Source of the DNA: Octopus sinensis
Lineage: Eukaryota
NCBI RefSeq assembly: GCF_006345805.1
Contig: NC_043020.1
Location: 8,184,001-8,248,000, forward strand
Direction of reading: 5' to 3'
Length of the DNA: 64,000 nucleotides
Shown here: piece after piece, positions 1-11,024 of the stretch
Numbering within the stretch: the first letter of the stretch is position 1
How the letters are laid out: every line of letters starts with the position of its first letter
Program-made: the position numbers and the translations under genes
The notes under the pieces: generated by a model
What the model saw: only the letters and a program-made list of their open reading frames with translations
The model's database searches: none
Told to the model about the DNA's origin: nothing

Positions 1-355
1 GTGGCCACAATCCAGAGACTGAAACCCTTAAAAGTAGTACCCCAACATGGTCACACTTCAGTAGCTAAAAATACCAAGGGCAGTACTCCAGCGTGGCCAC
101 AGTCCAATGATGTAAACCCTCAAGGGCAATACTCCAGCATGGCCACATTACAACGACTAAAACCCTTGAGGGCTGTACTCCAGCATGGCCACAGTCCAAT
201 GACGAAAACCCTCAAGGGCAATACTCCAGCATGGCCACATTACAATGACTAAAACCCTTGAGGGCAGCACTACAACATGGCCACAGTCCAGTGATTCAAA
301 CCTCCAAAGGTAGTACCCTAACCCTGTCCACAGTCCAGTAACTAAAACCCTCCAT
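1..355. repeat. 46-bp tandem minisatellite (~8 units, alternating 92-bp dimer) related to the SINE-B tail
   Basis: GG(C/T)CAC core at 3, 49, 95, 141, 187, 233, 279, 325 (period 46). The unit resembles the SINE-B tail GCTCCAGCATGGCCGCAGTCAAATGACTGAAAC. Truncated by the window start. Confidence 0.9.
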
Positions 356-480
356 AGATGGTAGCCCCAGCACAACCACAGTCCTGAGCTTGAAACCAGT
401 AAACAATGGAATAAATATCTGTTAGCTTTAGTTCCTCCCTCAGTGAACAGAGCCAAATGTTTGTGTTCTGGTAATTAATA

Positions 481-1296
481 CTGTTAATGTTAGAATTCTC
501 TTAATCTCAAAGAACCAACCGACACCCACAAACTCATTTTCCATTAGTGCGTTATTTGTTATTGTCTCTACCCTATCCTTCACTAGATGTTTAGCATCAA
601 ATTTGAATTTGTATTGTATAACAGAATTAAATAAATATGTGTTTTTATATGACGTATGGTGTCACATATTGAAAGTCAGTGTATTCTGTGACCCTGCAGG
701 CGCAATGGCCCAGTGGTTAGGGCAGTGGACTCGCGGTCATAGGATCAGTTTTTGATTCCCAGACCGGGCGTTGTGAGTGTTTATTGAGCGAAAACACCTA
801 AAGCTCCACGAGGCTCGGCAGGGGGTGGTTCACTCTGCCTGCTGTACTCTTTCACCACAACTTTCTCTCACTCTTACTTCCTGTTTCTGTTGTACCTGTA
901 TTTCAAAGAGTCGGCCTTGTCACTCTCTGTGTCACGCTGAATATCCCCGAGAACTACGTTAAGGGTACACGTGTCTGTGGAGTGCTCAGCCACTTACACG
1001 TTTTAATTCACGAGCAGGCTGTTCCATTGATTCGGATCAACCGGAACCCTCGTCGTCGTAACCGACGGAGTGCTTCTTCTCACTATTAATGTTAGAATTC
1101 TCTTAATCTCAAAGAACCAACTGACACCCACAAACTCATTTTCCATTAGTGCGTTATTTGTTATTGTCTCCACCCCATCCTTCACTAGTTGTTTAGCATC
1201 AAATTTGAATTTGTATTGTATAACAGAATTAAATAAATATGTGTTTTTATATGACGTATGGTGTCACATGTTGAAAGTCAGTGTATTCTGTGACCC
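481..1296 (+). repeat. 214-bp direct duplication (481-694 / 1083-1296) flanking a SINE
   Basis: Manual alignment shows about 6 substitutions in 214 bp; the copies abut the SINE head and tail. Confidence 0.92.
695..1080 (+). mobile_element. tRNA-derived SINE, family A (tail type 1)
   Basis: Head GGCGCAATGGCCCAGTGGTTAGG (box A) with a degenerate box B; near-identical copies at 31522 and 32268. Confidence 0.88.
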
Positions 1297-1780
1297 ACGG
1301 CATTTGCAAAGATAAACAGCCTTAAGATTCTGATATGAGTTGTTGTATGAGAGACATGTGCTCTTTCTCTCTCACTGTTTTTTTCTCTTTCTTACCCTCC
1401 TCTTTCCCTGGCTTCTCTCTCTTGCTCTCCTTCCTTCCTCCTCTCTGTCTCTTCCTGTGATGTGTCTTGTGACTAGAAATAGTTAACAGGACAATGATAC
1501 ATAAGATGCAAACCAACCCATGTGGCCTACTGCTTTGGGTGTTTTTAGCAGGGCCAGTGACCATTTAGAAGCTCCAGCATGGGCTTGATTCTGTTGTTGC
1601 TGTTATTATTTAGCTTCAAGTTATCTCTTATTTGAGCCAATTTATAATCATCAAACACGTTCCAGCCATGACCATCCTTTCTCGCATACTGACAATTCAG
1701 TGAAGCCTACATTATCCAGCAACTCTCTCTGGATCTAAGACTAAATAATTAGTGAAGTTAATAATAATAATAATAAAAAC

Positions 1781-1984
1781 ATTGTGTACAGTGCTCAGGT
1801 GCACTACAACTCATCTAAAGTGTATATATAATCAGGTGTAGTTTCGGCAGATTTCGGAAAGCATGAGGGCCTTAAAGGATGCAGTGTCATGGCAGTCAAC
1901 AACTGACACAGGCAGTTTGTTCCATGCTTCAGCAACTCTGAGCATGAAAAAATGTTTCCGAAAGTCATGGGAGCTGTGCAGGGC
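1781..1984 (-). mobile_element. CR1/L2-clade LINE 3' fragment with (TTA)n tail
   Basis: Near-identical to 19296-19520, whose minus-strand translation is a CR1-type RT C-terminus. Confidence 0.8.
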
Positions 1985-2424
1985 ACATTAATAAACTAAC
2001 TAGAATTAATAGTGTGATGAGGGAAAAATAAAACATATTGAAATTAGTTAATGACTAATAATATTTAGTTATCTCAACAAGTCTGGCAGAAAATTCCAGA
2101 TATGTTTCAGTCCTATTCTGGTCTCATCAGCAATCCATAAACTTCAGTTATGATGAAGGAATCGCTAATATAGAAGATTGTATCCTGTTCTCAACAGGAA
2201 AATGGAATTGTTTAGAGAATGAATTACTCAGACATACCATCAGCAGGAGAAAACAATAGTTAAGCATTAATAACTTTGCTATTGTTTTGTTTTATTATTT
2301 ACTTGAAGGTATTATCTCTCAGTCATTAGTTAATTGGACAATTATCCATAATCCTCTAAATACTTTTCCATGAATCCTTCTCTCTCTTACCTTCATTTGC
2401 TCCTTTGCCACCTCTTCTTTTCCT

Positions 2425-2670
2425 CCTTCCCTCCATCTCTCTCTCTCTCTCCATCTCTCTCTTTCTCTCTCTCTCCATCTCTCTCTCTCTCCATCTCTCT
2501 CTCTCTCTCTCCATCTCTCTCTCTCTCCATCTCTCTCTTTCTCTCTCTCTCCATCTCTCTCTTTCTCTCTCTCTCCATCTCTCTCTTTCTCTCTCTCTCC
2601 ATCTCTCTCTCTCCATCTCTCTCTTTCTCTTTATCTCTCTCTCTCTCCATCTCTCCCCCCTCTCTCTCTC
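2425..2670. repeat. (CT)n tract with periodic CCAT/CTTT interruptions
   Basis: Direct reading; source of several spurious ORFs. Confidence 0.9.
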
Positions 2671-3449
2671 AAGGAATGAGCTTAAATCCATTGAGGCAGG
2701 TTTGTGTGTATGTATTCTCTTTTTTTAATGACTAAATTGTGTGATTCCTTTAGGCCAGTGGGTCACAAGGCTCATCCTATGAAGACTCGGATAGAACTCC
2801 ACTGAACCCCTCCACTTGCACATTTACTCTCCAGTCATCATATCCACCCATACAACCTACATGGCCACCCTCCCTCCAATCATCATATCTACCCACACAG
2901 CTCTACCTACTTACTCTCAGTTTTCACACCCACTTCTACCACCCTCCAGTCTCCAAATCTACTCTTCCAATACTGCCTACCTACCTACCCTCGAGTTCTT
3001 GCATCTACACTCACAGGCCTACCCATCTACCCACATAACCCTATCTACTCTCTCTCTCTCTCTCTCTCTCTCATACATCAACCTTCCATTTCTCACTCTT
3101 ATCTTCCTAGCCCCTAGTGTCCAGGAAGCCCTCAAGCCAATGTTCAGAATCTCACCTGTGAGGGACTGATGCAAGATGGGTCAAAACGGGGTTGTTGTGA
3201 TTGATAAAGATTCTCATGACTTCCATTTTCTCTTTCTCTCATCTATTATACACGCACATTTATATACACCTGTCAAATCTCTTCCCTCAACATATCCTCC
3301 TGACACCCCCTCCCTCAACCTGGGACCACTCCATCTCCCACTTTCCTTTCGTAATCTCACAAACTTACCCACCCACTCCCCTTATCCAATCCCTGGTTCC
3401 ACTTACATACACCTCTTTGTAATTTAGGTTCTGACACATCTACATCTTA

Positions 3450-3560
3450 TCTTTCTCTCTCTCCCCTTCTCTCCTTCTCTCCCCTCTCTCTCTCTCTCCT
3501 TCCCTCTCTCTCTCTCTCTCCTCTCTCTCATTTCTCTCTCCTCTCTCTCTTTCTTCTCTC

Positions 3561-3619
<59 letters not shown>

Positions 3620-3626
3620 CCTCCCA
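3450..3626. repeat. (CT)n microsatellite
   Basis: Direct reading. Confidence 0.9.
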
Positions 3627-3924
3627 TCTGATGTAACTATGTGTCTCCTTTACTGCAAGACACCTTTTTGTTTTTCTTTGTCCCTTCCTTAATACTGCTC
3701 CTCCTCTTCAGTTGAGGGAGGGTGTTGCCTTGCAAGGTACTTGGTGACCTCACTGGTGCTGGTGAAACATAAAAACTTGTGTAAAGAGGTTGGCAACAAG
3801 GAAGGGCATCCAACCATAGAAACCTTGTCAAAACAGACAGTAGAGCTTAGTGCAGTCTTTCGACTTGCCAAACCTATCGAACTGTTCAACCCATGCCAGC
3901 ATGGACAAAAGAAATAAAGTGAGG

Positions 3925-4058
3925 AGCAGCAAAAATATCACAGAAACTCTGAGTAACAGTTTTTGTGATATTTTTGCTGCTTTTTAATTACTCTATCTAT
4001 GGTATTCGAGTACTATTTTTCCCCCACCTTGTTTTTCATTTATGTGCTTACCCTGGTA
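3925..4058 (+). mobile_element. Non-autonomous Penelope-like fragment (family H) with 3' half of a hammerhead and a 5' fold-back
   Basis: GAAACTCTGAGTAACAGTTTT...TACCCTGGTA is homologous to the reverse complement of 8617-8764; 24-bp inverted arms at 3925-3948 / 3958-3981. Confidence 0.65.
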
Positions 4059-4064
4059 CATATA

Positions 4065-4462
4065 CTCTTTCACTTGTTTCAGTCATTTGACTGCGGCCAT
4101 GCTGGAGCACCGCCTTTAATCGAGCAACTCGACCCCGGGACTTATTCTTTTGTAAGCCCAGTACTTATTCTATCGGTCTCTTTTGCCGAACCGCTAAGTA
4201 ACGGGGACATAAACACACCAGCATCGGTTGTCACGCGATGGTGGGGCGACAAACACAGACACACAAACAAACACACATATATATATATACATATATACGA
4301 CAGGCTTCTTTCAGTTTCCGTCTACCAAATCCACTCACAAGGCATTGGTCAGCCCGAGGCTATAGTAGAAGACACTTGCCCAAGGTGCCACGCAGTGGGA
4401 CTGAACCTGGAACCATGTGGTTGGTAAGCAAGCTACTTACCACACAGCCACTCCTGCGCCTA
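4065..4462 (-). mobile_element. SINE family B (tRNA head, CORE-like segment, internal CA/TA microsatellite)
   Basis: Minus-strand head TAGGCGCAGGAGTGGCTGTGTGGTAAG...GGTTCAGTCCC, then TTGGGCAAGTG (CORE-like); 10 or more near-full copies in the window. Confidence 0.88.
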
Positions 4463-5510
4463 TTGTATAACCCTCAAGGGCAATACTCCAGCATGGCCAC
4501 ATATATATATGCACACACATGTATATATGCATACACATGTATATATATATATATGCACATACACACACACACATATATATATGCACACATGCATACGTAT
4601 GTGTGTGTGTGTGTGTGTGTTCATGTCATTTTGTCTTGTCATTGTATGCTAGTTGTAAACAAGTCTCACTCTCATACAAGCAGTGTTGTTCATTTGTAAT
4701 TCTGTGTGAGGGCATCCCATCAATGTGCTCTTCGTGTATGAAGGACAAGAAGAGATATTACCGTACTTGAAAACAGGTGAGGGTTGACAACGGGAAGAGC
4801 GCCCAGCCAAGAATATCTGCCTCAGCAAATCTCGCCTGAGAAGTGGACATGAAAATGAAAACAGTGATGATGATGATGATGATGATGATATCCTAAGGTT
4901 ATATAATCCAGGGTAATCTTTGTCTCATAAGAAGTGTTTTTGTGAAATTTGGCTGCTATTTCTAGGATTCTGCACAAAACACATAGGTGCTCTCTCCTTG
5001 GTTCGTCACCATGCTGTTAAGGTGCCTCCCACAATCAAATTAACCTTCAATGACATTCCATCCCTGACCATCCCTTCATTATATTTCCATTATATTTCCA
5101 TATACAGTCTGGCCTGGGACAAGCATCATATGCATTCTTTTTTTTTTTATTTTTGTGTGTGTGACTTGAGGGGTTTTGGCTGCTGTTTCTAGCAAACCGA
5201 GTGACCACGTACAGGTTCCATATAGGCTCCCTGCTATGTTAATGTTGTTGCTAATGTGGTGGTGTTTTTTAAATAGCTTTAGCACTGCTGCAGAATTATT
5301 CTTGGTGACAGGAACTTAACAGGCAGCCAGGCAGGCAGGCAGTTCCGCAGAATGTCACCAAGACCTGCATGACTCAGTAAAGTGTTTATAGTCAGACAGT
5401 ATTAAGCTACACACACACATGCATGTGTGTTTGTTTGTATACATATAAACATGTGTGTATGTACGTGTATATGTATGAGTGTGTATATTTCTTTTTTTCT
5501 TTTTTTTTTT

Positions 5511-5914
5511 TCTTTTTTACATGTTTCAGTCATTTGACTGCGGCCATGCTGGAGCACCGCCTTTAATCGAGCAACTCGACCCCGGGACTTGTTCTTTTTG
5601 TAAGCCCAGTACTTATCCTATCGGTCTCTTTTGCCGAACCGCTAAGTGACGGGGACGTAAACACACCAGCATCGGTTGTCAAGCAATGCTAAGGGGACAA
5701 ACACAGACACACAAACAAACACACACACTTATATATATATACATATATACGACAGGCTTCTTTCAGTTTCCGTCTACCAAATCCACTCACAAGGCATTGG
5801 TCGGACCAGGGCTATAGCAGAAGACACTTGCCCAAGATGCCACGCAGTGGGACTGAACCCGGAACCATGTGGTTGGTTAGCAAGCTACTTACCACACAGC
5901 CACTCCTGCGCCTA
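5511..5914 (-). mobile_element. SINE family B
   Basis: Full-length copy, high similarity to 4065-4462. Confidence 0.88.
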
Positions 5915-5924
5915 TATATATATA

Positions 5925-6173
5925 TAAAATTGAATAAGGGTAGAAATTGATATCAATCAATTAAAACCAGTGGCCTAGCATATTAAAAAAATCCGAAGAT
6001 TAAAATATTTTTACATACAAAATTTAAAGGACTGACCACTAAAAGTGGACGGTCAACATGCTAGATATAGATGTCAAAATCGCTATTTTCCACGAAAATT
6101 TTTCGGGGAAAATAGCGATTTTGACATCTATATCTAGCATGTTGACCGTCCACTTTTAGTGGTCAGTCCTTTA
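5925..6173. mobile_element. (TA)n-flanked element ending in a 149-bp palindrome (6025-6173)
   Basis: Arms TAAAGGACTGACC...CGAAAA / TTTTCG...GGTCAGTCCTTTA with 1 mismatch and a 1-nt centre; (TA)n on both sides. The palindrome is certain; the TE assignment is inference. Confidence 0.7.
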
Positions 6174-6439
6174 TATATATATATATATATATATACATAT
6201 CTTTTATCTTTTGCTTGTTTCAATCATTTGGCTATGGCAATGCTGGAGCACCACTATGATTGGTTTTAGTCAAACAAATTGCCCCCCCCCCTGGAACTTA
6301 ACTTCTTAACGCTGTTACTTATTTTATCAATCTCTTTTGCTGAACATGTATATAGGATATAGGTATGTGTGTGTGTGTGTGTGTGTATTTATGTATGCAT
6401 ATGTGTGTGTATATATGAATTTTTATATATACATATATA

Positions 6440-6605
6440 TAGGCGCAGGAGTGGCTGTGTGGTAAGTAGCTTGTTTACCAACCACATGGTTCCGGTTTCA
6501 GTCCCACTGCGTGGCACCTTGGACATGTGTCTTCTACTATAGCCTCGGGCCGACCAAAGCTTGTCAGTGGATTGGTAGACAGAAACTGAAAAGAAGCCCG
6601 TCGTA

Positions 6606-6638
<33 letters not shown>

Positions 6639-6868
6639 GCATGTGTGTGTTTTGTGTGTGTCTGTGTTTGTCCCCTAGCATTGCTTGACAACCGATTGCT
6701 GGTGTGTTACGTCCTCGTCACTTAGCGGTTCGGCAAAAAAGACTGATAGAATAAGTACTGGGCTTACAAAAGAATAAGTCCCGGGGTTGAGTTGCTCAAT
6801 TAAAAGCGGTGCTCCAGCATGACCGCAGTCAAATGGCTGAAACAAGTAAAAGAGAAAAGAGAAAGAGA
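6440..6868 (+). mobile_element. SINE family B
   Basis: Full-length + strand copy, head-to-head with 5511-5914. Confidence 0.88.
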
Positions 6869-7900
6869 AATATGTATGTATGAATTGTTGTATATTTATA
6901 ATATATAATATAATATATATATAATGTGTTTGTGTGTGTTTGTATGCCTATACATAGGCATGTATTTAAAGTGTTGTCATGTGCTTAAAAAAATACCTAT
7001 GAACATTGACTGAAAACAAGTGTTTGTCTGTTGTTTTAATTTTGATGAGAGTAAATTTGAAGTTTGAATTCGCCGTATCATTTCCAGTGAAACTTCAAAG
7101 TCATTGTCAATAAAATTATGAATGTTTTTTTTTTCCTTTGAAACATATGTAGTACATATTTACCTCCCCCATTCTCTACATCCAGTGTGTGTGTTTGTAC
7201 GTATGATGATAATACATGTCTTTATATAGATAGATAGAGAGAAAACGGAATGAATGACATTCTTTATTTAAAAACATTACAATTGTTTCGACACATTTTT
7301 ACATTCATTGTACATTGATGAGATGTAGTGTAACGATTATCATCCATCCAAGATGTAAAGTGCACCTCTTCAGGTGATTGTTTAAATAAGTCCTTCATTA
7401 GATCTGACTGTCATTCTACTCTGTGCGAGAATGCATACCCAAAGTGATGGGGCAAGCATTTCCACTATGATAGCATTAGGTAGCCAATAACTTGAATGAG
7501 CTTTGCATAGCATTCTACAAGGTTTTTACCCAAAACTTATTTGACTATATTTATTTATTTATTTATTTATTTATTTATTTCAATAAGAAAATAGGGAGAG
7601 AATTAAATTAATTAATAAAATTAAAAATTATTTGAAAGTCGAATCTCGTCAGTTTAAGATATACAAAATAGGTATTCAATACCTACATGTTGAATATATT
7701 CGGCTGCAAACCATTAACTGATAAAATTTATGCATAAAGAACATAGTATAAAATATGGTATAGACCTTAGAAAGGAGTGGAAGGTAGTGTATATTTGAGT
7801 GGTAAAGTAAGAATAGATCAATATATTCTTCTAGGGTCAATGTGTCATATGTCTGAAACAGAAGCACACTCTAAAGCGTAGAGCAGTAATGTATTTGTAT

Positions 7901-8158
7901 GCAGTTAAGCCTATGTCCAGTCATAGAGTGACCAGTGGCTTCACATCCATCGAGAGCTTAGCCCCATTGATGACTCATCAGATTCTAAAACCAAAGGCAT
8001 ATAATTCTTTAGCTCCGTGACCATAACGGATTCCTACCTCCTAAAGTTGAAGAATTACTTGCCTTCAACTTTAGAGCCCGACAAGTCGTCCATGGGGCTA
8101 AGCCCTTTTATTATGAAACCATTGGTCACTCTATGACTGGACATATATACTTAACTGC
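7901..8158. mobile_element. MITE-like element with ~43-bp terminal inverted repeats and nested inner hairpins
   Basis: GCAGTTAAG..TATGTCCAGTCATAGAGTGACCA at 7901-7943 inverted at 8114-8158; inner IRs 7956-7967/8092-8103 and 8041-8052/8063-8074; internally deleted relative at 27840-27960. Confidence 0.7.
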
Positions 8159-8577
8159 TTAAAAATATATCTGTGTGTGTGCAAGACAAAGTTATTTTAT
8201 TCCACACAGGTAGAAATAGAGAAAAAATATAAGTTGAAAATGCACTGAGAATAGATAAATTTTTTTATTATATTCAAAGATTTCACTTTAATGTTTCAAG
8301 CTACTTGGCTCTCATAAATGAGATTTACCTAAGAGAGGCAACTTTTATATATATATATATATAAAAGAAGTTTGAAAACGCCACTATATAAGATGAATTT
8401 TAATTTTCTTAGAAATTTTACATGTTTTGGTTCTTCTTGAAAAAACGAACCTTATCAAAAATATTTTAAAAAGTTAAGAGTAATAAAAAAAGTTCATAAT
8501 TGTTTCTTACTAGTCTCAACAGAATCCACATGGTGGTGTTTTGTCGGGTTAGTAAGCATGCGATCTACATTTATTAT

Positions 8578-8616
<39 letters not shown>

Positions 8617-8618
<2 letters not shown>

Positions 8619-8821
8619 AGAGTAAACACATAAATGTGAAACAAGGTTGGAAAAAAGAGTACTCAAATACCAGTGGTAGAGTAATATGCTTTATTTAAAG
8701 CAGCAGAAAATTCAACAAAACCTGTTACTCTGAGTTTCCTGTTGCCGTTCATCGGACAGTTTTTGCAACGGGAAACTCAGAGTAACAGGTTTTGTTGAAT
8801 TTTCTGCTGCTTTAAATAAAG
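8617..8821 (-). mobile_element. Non-autonomous Penelope-like element (family H) with a 57-bp 5' fold-back
   Basis: Body 8617-8764 abuts (TA)n; arms 8689-8745 / 8765-8821 with 1 mismatch and a 19-nt spacer; (TA)n follows. Confidence 0.7.
8718..8764 (-). ncRNA. Minimal type I hammerhead ribozyme fold (mutated copy)
   Basis: Minus strand: AAAACTGT-CCGATGA-ACGGCAACAG-GAAA-CTCAGAGT-A-ACAGG. Stem I CTGT/ACAG, stem III ACT/AGT, GUA triplet. U4->C change and broken stem II base in this copy. Confidence 0.55.
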
Positions 8822-9239
8822 TATATATATATATATGGCTGTGTGGTTAGGAAGTTTGCTTCCCAGCTACATGGTTTTGGGTTCAGTCCCACTGCATGGC
8901 ACCCTGGGGAAGTGTCTTCTGCTATAGCCCCAGGTCGACCGAAGCTTTGTAAAGGAATTTGGTTGGCAGAAGTTACTGCTGTGTGTGTGTACATGAGTGT
9001 GTAAATGCTTGTGCCTCCTAACAGAAGACGTCTCACAGTGGAATTGAACCTGGAAAGGACCTAGCTGCATTGAAAATTTTTACCGGTAGAGGCAGTCGTG
9101 GTTGAGATGGCCTTCATCATCAACTTCTTTTCTGCCAATGTTCTCCTGGGGGTAAACAACAAACACATACACAAGCAAAATTATTGAACCCTCCCCAGGA
9201 AAAACATCAAAGCCATCACACACCCTTATTTTACCAACA

Positions 9240-9365
9240 CCTACACCCTTTCACCCTTCCACATTGACCTTCCTTTCTCTTTCTCTCTCACCCTTCCACA
9301 TTGACCTTCCTTTCTCTTTGTCTCTCTCTCTCTCTCACCCTTCCACATTGACCTTCCTTTCTCTT

Positions 9366-9401
<36 letters not shown>

Positions 9402-9472
9402 TTCACTCCCTATACAATTACACAAATTGGTGTTTGCCAATTCCCTTTCTAACTTCTTTCAGTCATTATTTG

Positions 9473-9514
<42 letters not shown>

Positions 9515-9760
9515 CTTCTAACACTAATGCTCTCTCTCTCTCTCTCTCTCTTATTTCTTCACCTCCTAAACTCTCTCCCTCTAACTCCTACTACTTCTAA
9601 TGCTAACTCTATCCAACTATTTAGACCTTTAATTCGTCCTCTCTCTTTCTCCAACTCTATCCTACTTTCACTTTCTCTTTAGCTCTCTCTCCTGATCTCT
9701 CTCCTAACTGTCCCACTGTCTATCCAACTCTACAATTCTCTCTCTTTTTCTCTCTTGCTT
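9240..9760. repeat. CT-rich low-complexity region with three ~40-bp CACCCTTCCACATTGACCTTCC units
   Basis: Direct reading. Confidence 0.8.
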
Positions 9761-10623
9761 TCTCTCTTTCTCTTTTTAGTTTTTTTCCTTTCTTCTTTTA
9801 CTTTCATTTTATTTGTTTATACTTTTGTTCTTTATTTTTTTATGTTGATGATGATGTTTTTGTTGCTATTATTGCCACCGCTGCTGCCATCGTTGTTGTC
9901 ATCGTTCTTGTGTTATTGTCATCACTATTGTTTGTTGTTATTGTTGTTGTCATTGTCTTCCATCTATGTTGGTATTTAACCCTAGGTCAATCATGACCCA
10001 TCAGATCAATGTTCAAAAGCATTCCACCTGTGACCCTGCTATCCATTTCTTGATCATTTTGTAACAAGTTCTATGCCATCAACTAAATCCCTCTTCTGAC
10101 TTGAGGGACAAGGGGAATATTGACTGCTATCTCTAGCATCCCAAGAAACCACCTAGAATTTTTTCTTGTTGGCTTGTTGTTATTACTACTGTTTAATGCC
10201 AGTTCAAGTATGACCAAGAAGACCTACAATCAAAGACACTCCAGTCATGACCATCCCATCATTTTATCAGTCTGTAGGACTACGTTATTCGATACGCCCT
10301 CTCCTTGCAGGTTGTGACTTCGTGGAAAATTTTAGCTTCTGTTTCTAGCAAGTTGAGCGACCAACCATACAGAGGCTCTCTCCTTCATTGTCTTGTGATC
10401 GTCATTGTTGATGTTGTTGTTGTTGCTACTGTTGTCTATTGTTTTGTCCTCATGGCCTGTGGTGGTTATATATACATATATAACCATTGTTTTGCTGCTC
10501 AACCATTCCATTCTCTCTCTCTCTACCTCTTCTTCTTCTTCTCCTCCTCCTCCTGCCAGGGTCAGATGTATGATTTTGTAAGTATCTCCCTGCTTGCATT
10601 CACTTTTTCTTTCTTTATTGTTA

Positions 10624-10663
<40 letters not shown>

Positions 10664-10986
10664 CGTTATTTTTGTTCACTTTTATTTTTCTTTACCCTCT
10701 TACATGTATATGCAGCTACTTATATATATATATATATGAATGTGTATAACTGTTGTTGTGTCTTTGGGGAAAGTTATTCGGTAATGCCACACTCTGTGAC
10801 TTGTAGTTTGATCCTCAATCTGAAGATCTCCACCTTGGATGAAACTGTGAGGCACTGAACTTTCCAGGACCTACAGTAAAGTTATTGCTCTATGAATATA
10901 TCAAGTTCTTCCTTTCTCTGAGCTAGTCATACCTCATACACAATACTAACATATACATATATATATATATTTTATATATATATATA

Positions 10987-11017
<31 letters not shown>

Positions 11018-11024
<7 letters not shown>

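Noticed and set aside
1-355. CRISPR-like or coding repeat (ORF 1..252)
   Set aside because: No unique spacers, no cas genes, eukaryotic context; a 46-bp period is not a multiple of 3.
2356-2735. Arg/Glu- and Leu/Ser-rich ORFs, and the many YI/CV/TH repeats in the ORF track
   Set aside because: Translations of (GA)n, (TA)n and (CA)n microsatellites.
5295-5365. Pre-miRNA-like hairpin TCTTGGTGACA...TGTCACCAAGA
   Set aside because: Only an 11-bp plus 6-bp stem with a large bulge and loop; no other support.
7255-7420. Hammerhead in the repeat shared with 45870-46040 (GAAAC-AATT-GTA on the minus strand)
   Set aside because: The upstream core reads CTCATCA/CTAATCA in both copies and stem II cannot be formed.
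10750-10875. FIQGGD cyclophilin-like motif (minus strand) and CTGAAGA..GAAA at 10822
   Set aside because: Flanking residues do not fit cyclophilin; the hammerhead stems II and III do not pair.
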